46,673 nt of DNA from an uncultured Flavobacteriaceae bacterium. GTDB lineage: Bacteria > Bacteroidota > Bacteroidia > Flavobacteriales > Flavobacteriaceae. Where the stretch lies: contig CAYUZY010000001.1 of assembly GCA_964448645.1 (NCBI GenBank), forward strand, positions 1 to 46,673, read 5' to 3'. The position numbers and the translations under genes are program-made. Below, piece by piece: positions 46,364-46,673 of this stretch. How positions within the stretch are numbered: position 1 is the first letter of the stretch; every line of letters begins with the position of its first letter. A model generated the notes under the pieces. The model did no database searches. It saw only the letters and a program-made list of their open reading frames with translations, and was not told where the DNA came from.

Positions 46364-46673
46364 GTTGTAAGAATAATATTTGTATCAATTATAATGTTTT
46401 TATTATTTAGAAATTTGGCTAATTCTTATAAAAAAAATGGAATGATGGCAAAAGGCATTGGAAGATTTTTTGAACCAATAGTTTTATATGTTAGAGATGA
46501 AATAGCTATTCCAAACATAGGGCAAAAACATTATAAAAGATATATGAGTTTTTTATTAACGTTGTTTTTCTTTATTTGGATTTGTAACATGATTGGATTG
46601 ACCCCATTTGGAATTAATGTAACAGGGAATATTGCGGTTACATTTTGTTTAGCTTTATTGACTTTTATTATAA
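46364..46673 (+). CDS. atpB: F0F1 ATP synthase subunit a, membrane core, in the same frame directly after the TGA; truncated by the window end
   Basis: Translation gives VVRIIFVSIIMFLLFRNLANSYKKNGMMAKGIGRFFEPIVLYVRDEIAIPNIGQKHYKRYMSFLLTLFFFIWICNMIGLTPFGINVTGNIAVT. This corresponds to TM helix 1 through helix 3 of subunit a. The first in-frame ATG is at 46394. Confidence 0.8.

Noticed and set aside
1-46673. A search for CRISPR arrays, IS elements or transposases, integrases, phage genes, restriction-modification systems, toxin-antitoxin pairs or other defence modules.
   Set aside because: I found none. There are no spaced direct repeats, no inverted terminal repeats, and every ORF longer than 100 aa has a plausible housekeeping or envelope role. 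The lone SAM methyltransferase (28506-29357) has no adjacent nuclease or specificity gene.

Overview
This is an AT-rich (roughly 30% GC by eye), very gene-dense chromosomal segment. It looks like a streamlined Flavobacteriia (Bacteroidota) genome. The lineage signals are a PorW/SprE-like TPR lipoprotein followed by bactofilin, AtpZ and atpB, families I recall as DUF4837, DUF4254+GT9 and bacterial GH3, and TAnnTTTG -7 promoter boxes in front of most transcription units.

I support about 46 protein genes and 2 tRNAs, and almost all are core housekeeping:
- sdhCAB, rbfA, dusB, lepA, rnpA, rpiB, rnr, folB, glnS, gltX, ybeY, mnmG, holB-like, pgk, tatA, purD and atpB.
- A few exported hydrolases and a small glycosyltransferase cluster.

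I see no transposase, integrase, phage gene, CRISPR array, toxin-antitoxin pair or defence-island signature. I do not think this window holds a new multi-gene system.

The points worth a second look are smaller:
1. An in-frame TGA splits atpB exactly before TM helix 1.
2. rnpA and ybeY have conserved N-terminal coding sequence but no ATG/GTG/TTG start. They need an ATT/ATA/ATC start or coupled reinitiation.
3. Five genes have a -7 promoter box ending 4-6 nt before the ATG, which implies leaderless mRNAs. Five TTG starts in the supplied ORF track are the TTG of that box.
4. An 18-nt CACGTG-centred motif occurs twice, exactly 1900 nt apart, bracketing mnmG.
5. The sdh operon resembles the actinobacterial Sdh1 type rather than the usual flavobacterial b558 type.
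6. A 460-bp strand-asymmetric T-rich spacer lies between rpiB and rnr.
7. A tatA gene is missing from the ORF track.

All family assignments come from motif recognition and memory, not from database searches.
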